A stretch of DNA of 63,470 nucleotides, the filler included, from Bigelowiella natans CCMP2755 (Eukaryota > Protista > Cercozoa), in NCBI GenBank assembly GCA_000320545.1. It is 5 parts of 5 records of this genome, joined end to end, with 100 filler letters (N's around TTAATTAATTAA, not from the genome) between each part and the next. Parts side by side here need not be neighbours in the genome. Positions count along the whole stretch, not along the records: positions 47,196 to 60,768 come from ADNK01000845.1; positions 60,869 to 63,470 come from ADNK01003328.1; 3 more parts are not named here. One strand, 5' to 3'. The notes under the pieces are model-generated. The model was not told the DNA's origin. It did not search any database and saw only the letters and a program-made list of their open reading frames with translations. The first letter of the stretch is position 1; the number at the start of each line of letters is the position of its first letter. A program made the position numbers and the translations under genes. Positions 50,698 to 63,435 of the stretch are shown here, piece by piece.

Positions 50698-51143
50698 TTT
50701 TCTCGTTGCTCTTATTCTTCTTGCTCCGTCTTCTTCTTTTTCATTCTTCCCACGTTTAGTGCCGTGGGGACTCCTGCTTTAATCTCAGGCGGCACATGGG
50801 AAGCCATAATCATCAAGCAAGCACCGCGGAACGCCTTGAAAAGCTGCCTCTGTACGTTATCGTTGTCGACCATCAATTACGACGTACAAATTAATCACAG
50901 CAGCATGATTGTTATTTCTCTCTCTGTGTGTGAGCGACCCTCAACTCCCTTAATGACGGATATGTGTACAAGTGGATACGAATGCTTCTCATGCCTTTTG
51001 AGGAATGATGCTCTGTGACCAGGACAGCAGGATTTTCTCACGTTCTAGGACCGGAATATCGTAAAATGGCATCATTCGTCCCTACCGTATTATTGGAGTC
51101 AACACGCATCCATCTTAAGGGACACACAAATAGACACATAAAC

Positions 51144-51177
<34 letters not shown>

Positions 51178-51445
51178 AGCGCGTGCACGCAATATGCGTT
51201 TGCATCTACCCAACACGTACTTTCATTCAATAATCGGATTAAGTGTTTTCAGTTTTTTTTAGCGTATATACAACACTGCTCTACTGCTACTGATGATATA
51301 CCGTGAGAAGGAAGCAACCAAGGGGTTTTGACAAAATCCACATGGCACGAATCAACTCTCTGAAAAATTGCAAGTGCGATAAGGTAAGCACACTCTTAGT
51401 ATGTATCCTCCCCCCAAACCTCTTGCCCTCCTCCTCCTCCTTCTT

Positions 51446-51476
<31 letters not shown>

Positions 51477-52279
51477 TTATTATTATTATTATTATCCTAT
51501 CAAATTCTATTCTGGTTGCAAACCTGCGTAGCTCAGAAGGAGCGAACTCTTCCAATATGCGCTGGAACGCTCCCAACGCCCCTTTGAAGTCGGTAAACTT
51601 TGATTTGCAGCTGAGAAAATGATTGGAGAAATTTTGGTGCATTTGTACAACTCGATATTTTTTCAACTGATCCGCCCCTCCCCCCACTTTCCCTCCCTCT
51701 CCCTCTCTATGTCTTCCTTTCTTTCTTTCTTTTCATTCTTTCCCTTTCGCTTGCTCTCTCCCTCCCTTTCTCCCTCTCGGGCTACGTGCGTTCCTACAAA
51801 TCTCGAGCGGCCTTTTCCTCCTCCGGATTGTGACGACAGTGTGCCGTTTCCTTGATCACTTTCTGCGTTTCTTGATGTGTTAATGCCTAAAGAGATAGTG
51901 GCAGCAAGACGATCTTCATGGAACACACTTTAACGTGAGAGTATCAATCCAGCGGAAATCATGCTGCTAAGGGTTACCCTTGTGAAAGTGTCCATGAAGG
52001 CGGCGGCGACTCGCCACACGTTTTCGTCCTCCATCGTCTCTCTATCGCACGGTTCGGTTACGGGCGAGCTCCCTTGCCACCCTCGCAGATACTCTTTTTC
52101 CGCAAGGACGGGAAAGAGATGTGGGCAATGTGGTTTTCGCCAAAAGGAGCTTGAAAAATTGGTAGACGCAGGTAGAAAATATGATTCGTTTTTGTACTTG
52201 CGACATCCCCCCCGATTTCATGTTCTTCGTACAAGTTTTCAGCTTGCGCATTTGTCGAGAAAAACAGGTACAGATCCAT
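47409..52279 (-). CDS. Long-chain fatty alcohol oxidase-type GMC oxidoreductase, 5' half; remainder lost in the gap; start approximate
   Basis: Micro-exons assemble to AAAFMDTF, PFYDIPVLEREKILLSWSQS, VIVGSGVGGSMAAHQ|LCMDGYKVLMVEK (FAD GxGxxG), TTEDCAMTVLAGSTFGGG, VREEWARKYKLKQFDSPWF and NAILMKGCHRLG|YHCETAPQ, in the motif order of plant/fungal FAOs. Confidence 0.85.
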
Positions 52280-52563
52280 GCCGTTTTCATGCAGCGACTT
52301 GCCTAAATACAGGGCTCAGACTTCGATATCGGAAACTCAGGACGATTGGTCGGAGCTGGAAGGCCGAACTGCAGATTGTTGGTGAAAATGGCCTTCGATG
52401 GGAGCAGTGGTGTGGATAGCCTCAGAGCTTGCAATCTGTCAAGCTTGGAAAAAACACCGGAGAAAAGATAAAAAAGGAATGCTATTTCTCCTCTACGGCT
52501 TGTAAAAACGTGCAGATTCGAACCAAATTAAAGGCATCTTGTGCCATCCTAAGTCTTACTCGT

Positions 52564-53258
52564 TCCCCCACCATAAACGGTCGACGTGACCTGCTCGTAT
52601 CACCCGGAAGTCAAATTTTAGAAATATGCGTCGCCCATCGAATGTGGGTGCCCAAACCCTTTGTCATAGTTCCGAATCTGTGCTGTCTAAACCCCTATTA
52701 ATCTTCGTTGCATTGAACTTTTAGGTTGGCTTAGTGGCCGGCGTCGCCGTGCTCACAGCGACAGTGCTACTTCTGGCAGCTTCTCAGATCCTGGAAGTCC
52801 AGTCCCAACCTCTGCAAATGCCAATTTCTACCATGCATGCTCGTACATCTGCTAGAACGATGCCAAGAAGCACATCATTTAACCGCAGGGACATGTGCCA
52901 GCAGATCCTTTCCCAGCATCGACCAGTTACTCTGAACGACGTCAACTCACGAAGCATGGAGCAGAAAGTTATTTTCTGATCCATCATGACGGCGATTGGT
53001 AAGTAAAAGTACACGTGCTTATTCCTTCGCACTGAACCTTACATTTCCTATTCCGTTACACCAATGGCAGCTTACATTGGCAGCAGCACGTTCATATCTC
53101 TACAGCTGACCGCTTGTCTGACTTTTGTGGAATACACAGACTCTGTCAAGTACGCCGTCGGAGCCTCAGACAAGTTCCAAGGAACTGGTGTCTGGTCATT
53201 CCTTAAGGCTGAAAGGCCCTCCAAGGAAAACAAGCAGCCTTCTAAGAAGAAGAACTAA
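52564..53258 (+). CDS. Small protein with a hydrophobic signal segment and S/T/R-rich transit-peptide-like stretch; start not resolved
   Basis: VGLVAGVAVLTATVLLLAAS, then QPLQMPISTMHARTSARTMPRSTSFNRRD. Last exon DSVKYAVGASDKFQGTGVWSFLK...KKKN*. Confidence 0.45.
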
Positions 53259-54312
53259 TGCCCAAACAGAAAAAAATAATTTCCACCTGGTTGTATATGT
53301 TCCGTGAGCTTCTGTTAAAAGGACCAGAGGTCTCCACGCAATGACTACGTACAGCTGCATATGATGGGTAGGGTAAAAAAGTCGCAATGATAAGACGTTG
53401 CCCTGCCCGGAGGCTGAGTTCAGCGGTCGAGCACTGCAGAAGTTGGAGACTTTGACTTCTTTTAGCACGATGTCCTCGGACTGCACAATCATAGTTTGGA
53501 AGTCAAAATAGGATGATACAATAAAGTATATTTTTTGTTAGCAATGATGGTACTGAACCATGCCTCTGTTCAAATTATGTTACATCTGCTTTTGGTATCA
53601 TCAGCGTTGGACAGAATGTGACGCATATGGACACGCTAATGCCTGAGCCATGCTACATACATGTTACCAACGTATACTGTATGCGCATAAATCAGTGTGT
53701 GCAACACATGTGACAACTATACCAGTACTCGACATACATTCATGTGGTATGGAGTATCGCTATTGCCGTAGCTCCATGCTTGACGTGCGTGTACCTGCTA
53801 GTTATATATTAGTCTGCCAGCCTGCATCACCCACATGCATGTATATACATGTATCACACTGCACATGGCATTGCACAAATTGCAGCTTGCCGCAAAAGCG
53901 CGATGTAGCGTGCGTGCAGACACGTGATTGTCGTGAGCACACACGTACACAGCCAGTTGCGCACGCGAGCTCATCGTGAAAGACATGGATCGGATCATCT
54001 CCTTCAATGCGAGACATGTGAAAACCAACATCTCATCAGGTTGCGCAATCAATTGAACGCCATATAGTCCATTGTGACCGAAACGATGAGACAAAGTCAC
54101 CGACTGATGCAGAAAAAGAAGCAAGAACTGCTGCGTGCACTGCACGACATCGACGACCGGACATAGATGCTTTTAAATGCATGAAATGTACAGTGGAAGA
54201 GACAAATGGATGTGACATGAGCGCTGTAGCCGCTGCTTTGCATAGCTACATTAGGATGACTATTAATAAGATTTAATCAATTCATTACGTCCGTCTCATA
54301 TATATGTATATA

Positions 54313-54348
<36 letters not shown>

Positions 54349-54381
54349 TAACGTTACATTATCTTAACACAACACCCTTCT

Positions 54382-56007
54382 TCAAATTTTAGATCGGATG
54401 GGCGTTCCACGACGTTTGTAAATAGCTTCCACTCGTTTACCATACAACTTGACATTCTTAGCAGGATTGGACGTTTTTCCTTTGGCTGTGTCGTAGGATA
54501 AAACCGCGATAATCCGAGTTTTCCCACCTTAATCATTTCCAAATATAATACGAATGGGAGGGAACGAATTAGATAGATACATGGTTACGCTATCAGCCAC
54601 CAGCGCAGGACTCTAAACGCAAATGCACACATTGCAATGAAAACGCGCACACCTTGAAGTTGTGTGAATATGTATAACTATAAATCTGATCAGCTTACCG
54701 TAGACTGTTCTGACGCGGTGCATTGATCTCTCCCCGTTGAAGATGTTCAAAGTCCCAGCAGCTACACGAGTTTTATAAGTTTTATATTGGCCGTTGAACA
54801 GTTTTTTCACCTTCCATTTGGGATAATTTCAATAATTACTAGTATGCTTCAATCAGGGAGGTTGACAAACGAATAGATTCAGGTTGTACATATAGAGATC
54901 TGGGGACGACAATACTTCCCCACTGAGCTATGTGTCAACGTGCGATTTATTTTAATATTTCATATTCACGCACATCGTCGAAAGCTTCGTCACGCTGGCC
55001 CAGAGGTCCCTTTTCGCGTATAAACGGGGCCCATTCGAATTCCCCACCTTCGTCGCACTGTTGAAGCAATAGGGTGACCACACCATCACTGCCGTCGTAA
55101 TGCCAGGCGCGGTTACCTGCAGAGGAAGAAGCGGTCAGATTTAGTGGTACATATGCGGAGGAAAATGGGCCATCATCAAGCACGGAGCTCCAAAAGCTTG
55201 ATTTACATACCAGCTACGACATTGCGCCACTGAGTCTATGCCTAGCATGTCTATACAGTGTTGCGGGTCTGACCTCCATCGCGAATATACATTATGTTCA
55301 AAGACTGAAACTCGTCGGCGAAAGGGTAGAGTTTCTCGGTTCCCATGACTTGTGATAGGAAATGGTGCACGTGCTTTGAATCATAGACCTGTTTGATGAG
55401 GGATTTTTGAGGGATTAAATCCGCTGCCAATGCTCTGACATCTTGAACAAGTTGCTTCTTAGTAGGATGGCCGGGCTCAGAATAGTTCTCTGCATTATAT
55501 CCATCTTCTTTGCGAAATACGGGAAGCTGTGGAAGGTACACAAGAATATTAGGGACCAAATTCATTACTGGATAGACGCGCCCTCGCACCTAGCCCTCTG
55601 CAAAATTTCTTACGAACACCTTTTCTAGTCGATGATGCGCTGACCCCTCTAGAGCGCGAAGTTCATCAGCCATACGCGTGACCTCTCTTTTTAGATATCA
55701 AATACATTGTAATGTGAATGGGTTTGCATTTACGTTAGCAGGAACGATAAAGTAGCGTTAAACGACCACATACGCGCAGTAGTGCCCAGTGCATTTCACG
55801 TTGGCTAGCGTACACCTCATGTGCATCATATCAGTGGCGCGGCTTGGAAAGTTCATACCCAGAACGCACAAATCCGGGCAGAGACAGAGATCCGGTCTTC
55901 TGAAGCTTCTCCCTGCATTCCTTGATAAATTTCCGACCTCGATCTGTGTTGAGAGAGGTTATAGGGTATTTCTGCAGGTCAACCACTCGGCCAATGTCCG
56001 CCATCAT
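54382..56007 (-). CDS. ArpA/HalD-BesD-like 2-oxoglutarate/Fe(II) oxygenase (HxD...H, hydroxylase type)
   Basis: VDLQKYPI...GSLSLPGFVR; LYPFADEFQSLNI; AWHYDGSDGVVTLLLQQCDEGGEFE; GTLNIFNGERSMHRVRTVYG|GKTRIIAVLSY...LYGKR. Confidence 0.85.
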
Positions 56008-56354
56008 CTCTGGCGACTCGTGGGGATAGCTCGAGATGGGGTATCTGTCGAGAGTCGGGAAAACTCGAAATTCGCTTGGCTGAATAATTTCGATAAATCC
56101 CCGAGATTATTTTCAAAGATTCTAATAATTCGAAGTCGTGAGTTCTCAGAATCGGGCAATTCGGTAACGGAAACAAAATCTCCGTTGTACACAGGCTACA
56201 TGTAACGCCAAACGCCATTTTGAGTGGGTGCATGCCAAGGAGCACGGCTGGCGTTGATGAATGAGGTTTGGGAGCGGCTGGGTGATAGAGAGAAAGCGGA
56301 ATTCGAAAAAGACGGAGAGGGGGACGAGATCTTGGAACACGTCTGAGACTTGGA

Positions 56355-57986
56355 ATGAGAAACCAAAAGTGTTCAAGATTCGAAATTGTGTACAGTCTGT
56401 GTGCATTTGTAGCAGTCTCGTCTCAGCAGCTCAGATCAACGCACAATGAGGGGAGTAAAGGGGATGATACTCCACTTGATGTACATCCCCAATGTATGTT
56501 AGGTTGTTACCCTGAAGGCTACTTCGGAGATTTTTCTTGTGATCCTTTCATTGTAGTCATGAAGAAGACATCAATGTCTAAATCCAGTAGTTGCGAGAGG
56601 ACAGAAGTTTCAATGCGCGTATCTTCGATACCACGACCAAACAAATGGGCGAAGGCGCTTAATCGAGCGCAAATATTTGTACAAGATGGAGGATACTCGC
56701 TTCATGTCCCAGGTGATTGAAAGATACCCACATAGACGACAACCTATCAATCAACCAAACAAAGCACCTAATAAAGTCAGATGTAGAGAACGAGCATAGG
56801 GTAATAAACCTTGAAATTTCAGGAGAGGGGACACTTCGCTTGTTCGGGGACACTTTTCTCGGCTGTTACAAGCCTCCAATACCATGGTCTTCGCCCTGAT
56901 GATTCCATTGCTCAGGTCTTAACTTGAATATGCTTTTCCAGGTGCAACTTTACCGATGGATCTCTCGAACTCACATCTCCCAGCGTGCTTAAAATAACTC
57001 GGCCGAAAATCCGGCAGCAACAAAATCACAGCACAAGCAGCGAGGCGGAAGCTGGGGCAAATTGGAACTACCGTTATCTCCAAGATTTACAGACCGGCCG
57101 CGCGAAACCATACCTACCTCTCCCTGCGAATCTGAGCCAACTTAATTTTGGATTGTGGCCCACATCGGCCACTTATGATTTGGAAACGAACACTTCAATA
57201 ATAGCACACACTTTGATTCAAAGAACCAAAAACTTTACTATTCTCGAGAGTCACCTCGCACTCTTTAAAGGGATCGACATAAAAGGAATCAAAATTGCGT
57301 TTGAGCTCCCTTTTCCAGTGTATAACCTTATGGTTCAAGGTGAGCACATCTACTTTCTTTTTGGTCGATCAGAACACAGATTCGACACGTTCATGGCCCG
57401 TTTTCCCAAAAGCACCATCTTCAAAGCAGCTTCCAAACTAACACATCAGTCAAGCCACGAAATTTTGAAAGACCTAGAGTATCTCAGCGGAGTGAATAAT
57501 GATTGCATAGATGATTGTGCTCCTGGAGGGTCATGCAAAGCACATTTTTCTAATCAAATTCGAAGCGCAAGAGCCATGGTGAAGAATGTGTTACCTCAAT
57601 CGTCGATTGCATACAGTAAACACCTAGGAAAATATGTTCTGCTCCATTCTGGCTTTGCTGTCGGTCGTCTTCGAGCATTCTTTGTCCGCACATCCGACAC
57701 CATATTTGGGCCTTGGGGAGACGCGTCTCTTGTCTATGAACGACCCAAATATAACTATGGCAGCAAGTCCGATCTTTCTACAAGAACAAAATTAGCGGGC
57801 AGACTCTCAGACAATAATTTGATTTTTATGTTTTATATGGGACTATGGCAACCAGATTTGTTCGAAGAAGACGGGCGCGTGATGGTTTTCAGCTATTGTG
57901 AGCACATCCCCGCAGGCCCTCTCTTCCATGAATTGCTTCCAAACTTCGTCAAAATTGAATTTGTCTCCAAAGAACACAATGAATAA
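56355..57986 (+). CDS. Secreted DUF4185/DUF5005-like beta-propeller protein
   Basis: Hydrophobic N-terminus (IVYSLCAFVAVSS). DGGYS...LRLFGDTFLG and SDTIFGPW motifs are typical of this family. Long terminal exon to 57986. Confidence 0.6.
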
Positions 57987-58756
57987 AAGATATTTCAAAG
58001 TAATAACATCGGATACAAGCGTTCAAACTTCACAAACCTTTATTCATTGCATAAAAATATAAATTTCGCCGTTGATCATGTGCTTTTCCACAAAATTCTT
58101 TTTTCAAAATTGAACACTTGATCTTAGCACTTGACCAGATGCGCGCAACACACATCGCGGATTGTGCTTTGCAACTGTAACTTCATGAGCAATGCAATGG
58201 GGATTTCCGGTTGTTTTTCAACAATTTCGCGCTCTCGCATCGTGGTTTCGCATCGGAGTCGCCTTTGCCCGTCATACATGCACGCCCCACCTGCGGGTGT
58301 TTTCTATATAATAGTCTTCTCAGCTCGGCGACTTTCAAGCCTTGAGATGCCGAGCCGAGAATAAGAAATCATCACCGATCGACTGACATACTGCTGGCGG
58401 CTGTACTGTCTCGCATGCCTGCAATGTATAAGGTCACATTACTTTTCAATGACCACATGTCCGCTGCGGAAATAGCTTTATCAACAAAGCGCTGCTATAA
58501 CTTTGCATTTTATATATTGCTATTTTGACGATCAACAATTTAAGTTGCAACTTACGCGTACTTCTTATCTCATGACAATAATCAATCTTCTCATCATCAT
58601 ATTTAGATGCGCATGCCTAAAATTGAACTTTCCTGGTAGGGTAATTAGTACTATTTACTTTGACATGTCAATGTAGACAAATTTTCTTAATTTAAACCAT
58701 TCCTTAATGCATTTTTACATGAAATTCATGTTTGCATTTTAAGACCTTCCGGTCAT

Positions 58757-59658
58757 TTATAATATATTTGCAGCATGATTATCTTTCTCGCTGCTATTTT
58801 CATTATCTTTTTCGCTGGTATTTCCCCTGCGACGAGCCGCCAATGGTTCGTTGATAGAAGACGACCGGCATGTGTGTGAATATAAATCCTCGCTCCCCTC
58901 GGCCGCATCTCTGGCTAGCTTCATGCACAACTTGGATCGAGACAGATTACACAACAAATATCAATTCAGTATCAGAATCGAAGATAGAAAGGAACAAACA
59001 CCCAAGCAAAAAGGAAAAGCACAGTGAGATTGATACAGTCCAAACTACCGACAGGCAGCAGGGCTACTATTTTGCCTCTCATGCTGCTGCTGTGTGTGGT
59101 GCTGCTCAAAGGCAAATATAGTCCTCCTCCTCCTCCTCCTCCTCCTCCTCCTCCTCCCCCTCCTCCTCACCTACCTCTCTAATCTCCCTGCCTTGTATGC
59201 CCCACATGTGCTTTCGTAGTATTTCTAGTAGCTTTTCAGGGTGCCCCTTGAGCAATGTATCCTGGTGGAGGCGGGGGAGGGGGGAGGGGAATGATGGATG
59301 GGTGGGTGCGTTGATTTTCTTCTTCTTTGTGTAATCATCATCATCATCATCATGATCACGATCATCATCAGCAGCATCAACATTATCATTATCATCCCTA
59401 ACCACGACTACGACTCCTGGCATGATTTCGAATCTCAAAACAGCCATGCAGCTCATCACCTGCAGCCTAATGAGTATAGCGACACCGACAAGGTGCAGCA
59501 GATTGAAGCCCTGCAGCATCAGCAGGTCCCACACCTCCCACACCGTCTTGGAGGGCAGGCTGTAGACGAATAGCGTCGTGAACCACTCCATCGCGTACAT
59601 CAGTGGGAGCACTTGATGCCGCTCCAGATGACTCATCAGCCCGGGCAGCATCTGATCG

Positions 59659-59693
<35 letters not shown>

Positions 59694-60544
59694 ATTGTTG
59701 CCGATGATGGGCGATAACGATGGCGAGGTGGGGATGAGATCATGTTGATGATGGTGTTGTTGTTGTTGTTGTTGTGGTTGATGATGATGATGACAACGAT
59801 TTGCTACGGTGATGAACACGGCGATCGTTGCGGACGAATTACGGAAACCTTTGCACACGCGGTATTATTCTCGACATCTCATGATATACCTGACGTGCCG
59901 TTCTTTGGAAGCGCTCTAAGCAGTCCTGCAGCGTGCTGGTCTTCGGGCACATCAACTTTCCCACCCCGTAGGTCTGGAGCTGAGAAGTGATAAAATGTTG
60001 TCAACGATGAGGACGTCGTCGGCCATCATCAAGACGATCATGACAATGATGATCCCTTGCTTTGTGCGTATGTATGTATGTGCGTGCGTGTGTGGTTTTA
60101 ATTATCATTATCATCGTCATTCTCGGCATCGTTGTATATCATTCAATCAACCAGACAACCAACCAATTACCATTGATGTGAGCAGCCAGAAACACCTCTC
60201 CTCGACATCTTCGCGCCTACACATCCCAGACAGGCACGCACACGACGCACAGACATGGACACACACAGCAGCATATTTCACCAAAAGGGTGGTGGATGCG
60301 CCCCCCCCCCGCCTCGCCCCCTCCCCAAAAAACGAAGACGACATCATTCGCTCCTTTCACCGCCGCTGCTTCTCCTAGTACCTTTTTTTCCAGAAGACCT
60401 CGTCTCTGGAGCGGCGCCGCACAGCATTCTTGGTGATGGGGGGAGTCTTGACCTCGTTTATCCTCGAAACACTTCTCGCAATGATTGGGGTCACTGGCCG
60501 TGTGATGCTCATTCTCGTTCCCGCTGCAGCTCTCTCCTTTGTAC

Positions 60545-60575
<31 letters not shown>

Positions 60576-60701
60576 CTTTGCTTCTCCCCCGGCAGCTGGA
60601 GCAGTGGCTGGAGGTTGCAGCGAGGAGGAGGAGGAGGAGGAGGAGGAGGAGGCGGAGGGAGGAGAGACTACTGCTGCTGCTTTTGCTGTGGATGTGCCAC
60701 C

Positions 60702-60733
<32 letters not shown>

Positions 60734-62934
60734 CATGTTGACGAGTCCGGAGAGAAAACGAGTAAGCCNNNNNNNNNNNNNNNNNNNNNNNNNNNNNNNN
60801 NNNNNNNNNNNNTTAATTAATTAANNNNNNNNNNNNNNNNNNNNNNNNNNNNNNNNNNNNNNNNNNNNGGGTCCCCCCCCGGAACCCCGTAACGGTCGAC
60901 GTAGGTCGTAGTAGTCTATGTGTGTGTGAGAGAGAGGAGGGGGGGGGGGGGAGGGTAAAGAGCGAACAGCCGCTAGGTGGTCTATTGCTGCGCAATCATT
61001 CCTCCTCACTGACTCCATACCACGTATCACCATCAGCGATGGGTACGACAGGGAAAGCAAATGGTGGACGAGATCCTACACGCGCGCGAACGGAAGAGAG
61101 AGGTACTTCTTTGGTGCAGGAAACACATACATGCTCCCCCTTTGGGTCTCCGCGTGGTGGACGGATGAGAAGTGAGAAGGCGGTGATGATGGTGCATTGT
61201 ATGCGTATTGTTCTCACGTTATCTGCCTTTCAGGAACGTGCAATAGAGAAGGCCTCTGCGGCGTCGATGGTTTCTGTGGACAACGCCGCCATTAAATCAC
61301 GCGTTCGCCTGGAGAATGTAAAGCTGGAAAATAACGGGCAGCGGGGACGGTGATGCGAGCTGCAGCATGTTAGAGACCCGCATGTACTTTAGTATATACG
61401 TGTCTCTTACCTTACGGTGTCATTTGTATTGCAAAATGATGCGCATCGTCAGTTAGGCAAGTTGGTTGAGCAACCATAGACACAGTACATGTCATAGTAT
61501 TGTATTGTAGCAATCTTTGTGCGCAATGAGTTTGCGTTGTTGCTTTATTCGTGTTCAAACACGAACACCGTTGGAAGCAGTTTCGATCGAATCAAGTTTC
61601 ATGCAAACAATCCACAGCAATCTAGCAATGTTTCATGTCATTGTGCGTGGCATCATTTCAAAAGCGCTGAGGTATTGGAAATCAAATGAAAAATTGAAAG
61701 AAGCTCTTTTGAGCAATCATGTAAATTAGAAACTTGGCACAAATCGGAGGAGTATTTATTATATTTCTCTCGTACATTGAACAATGAACTATCGAGAGAA
61801 AAGGAAGGTTGACTCCACGGCATTGTAGCATTGAGCGAGGGTGGGGCTCAAAGATCCGACCGAAAAGAAGCGTAAGGAGTTTTTCTACGAACTCCTTACG
61901 CTTCTTTTCGGTCGGATCGTTGCAACGCCAAGATGCAATCATGCTCTTAAAATTTAAGCGATTCATTAAAAAATTGTAAATGAGCCACGTCAGCACGTGT
62001 TGTGCCTTGCAAACAACATTTAGAGCGCATGGCCTGCATTTCAGCATGTGTTAGTGAGCTTGTCCCAATTGTTCGCATTGCAATTGCTGAGATTCTTGTA
62101 TGTAACATGATTATTAACGTCTATCCACAACGCCCACAACAGGAGAGCACAGGCGTCACACGTACGTCAAGATATCGCTGAGCTGTGTTTGCGTTGCTGT
62201 CTCAGGCAACATCTTGACAATGGGTTCAGTAGCTAGATCATTGAGAAATGACGGAAGACAGCAGTATTGCACAAATGTTTGCAATTGCACAAACTTTTGA
62301 AATAATGCCACGCACACTGACATGAAACATTGCTAGATTGCTGCACACTGACATGAAACATTGCTAGATTGCATAAGCTGTAGATTCTTTGCATGAAACT
62401 TGATTCGATCGAAACTGCTTCTAACAGTGTTTGAACATGAAAGCAACAACGCGAACTGATTGCGCACAAAGATTGTGTAACCAACTTGCCTAACTGACGA
62501 TGCGCTCCATTTTGTAACGCAAATGACACCGTAAGGTAAGAGACACGTATATACTAAAGTACATGCGGGTCTCTAACATAACTGTATGGGGCGCATTATC
62601 TACCGCCTTTTGCGCTTCAGGACACCAATTCCAGGAGGTGTGCTGTTGATCGCAAAGCTTATGTGTGATAGGGCAGCACGCAAGTAACAGGTGTTATTGC
62701 CCATGACGATGAGAATGCTTCACTTTATCTGCGGCCTTATCTAGCTATAGGCCAACAGTCATAACCGCGCCAATCAGTGTTTCAAGGCGCTTTCGTCTCA
62801 TCTTTGTAAGACGATGGTGCTGCTGCTTTCCTGAAGCTGGAAAGCCAATCGAGAACCTATACAAAACGTACACGTTTCCTATAGATCACACACTAGGTAT
62901 ATGCGGCACAAGTTCCATGCATGCAAATACACAA

Positions 62935-62975
<41 letters not shown>

Positions 62976-63435
62976 CGCGTGCGCGTACAAGCCGAACATT
63001 TAAGACGCTTAAGAGCCGCAACTTTCCGAAAACCATGATATTATAAACGTATAGTATGATTACAATGGTGTTAAAGTCCTTGGCAGCACGGTACTGAAGC
63101 CAGTGTCCAACCTAGACACATGCGCAAAGTCATTATCAGCACTCACCACCACCACCGCCATCATCACCATCACCGTCACCATCATCATCGAGAGAGCAGG
63201 CTGCTGTAATGTAGTAAGTGTGTTATAGTAGGAGGTGTTGGATGAGATTGTGCAGTAGTAGTAGTACTACCTTAGTTTTCTTCTTGCCCTTTTGCTTCTT
63301 CCACTCTTCCCCCAAGGCCACAACCTATAACGATGAGAGAAACTATTCAAGCAGATGCTGGTTATCATGATTTCTATCTTTCACCCCCCCTCCCCCCCCC
63401 TCCCCCTCCCCTATCTTGTTCTCTCAACGTCTCCT

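Noticed and set aside
55090-55110. BesD/HalD-type halogenase
   Set aside because: The metal-binding motif is H-Y-D. Halogenases replace the carboxylate with Gly/Ala.
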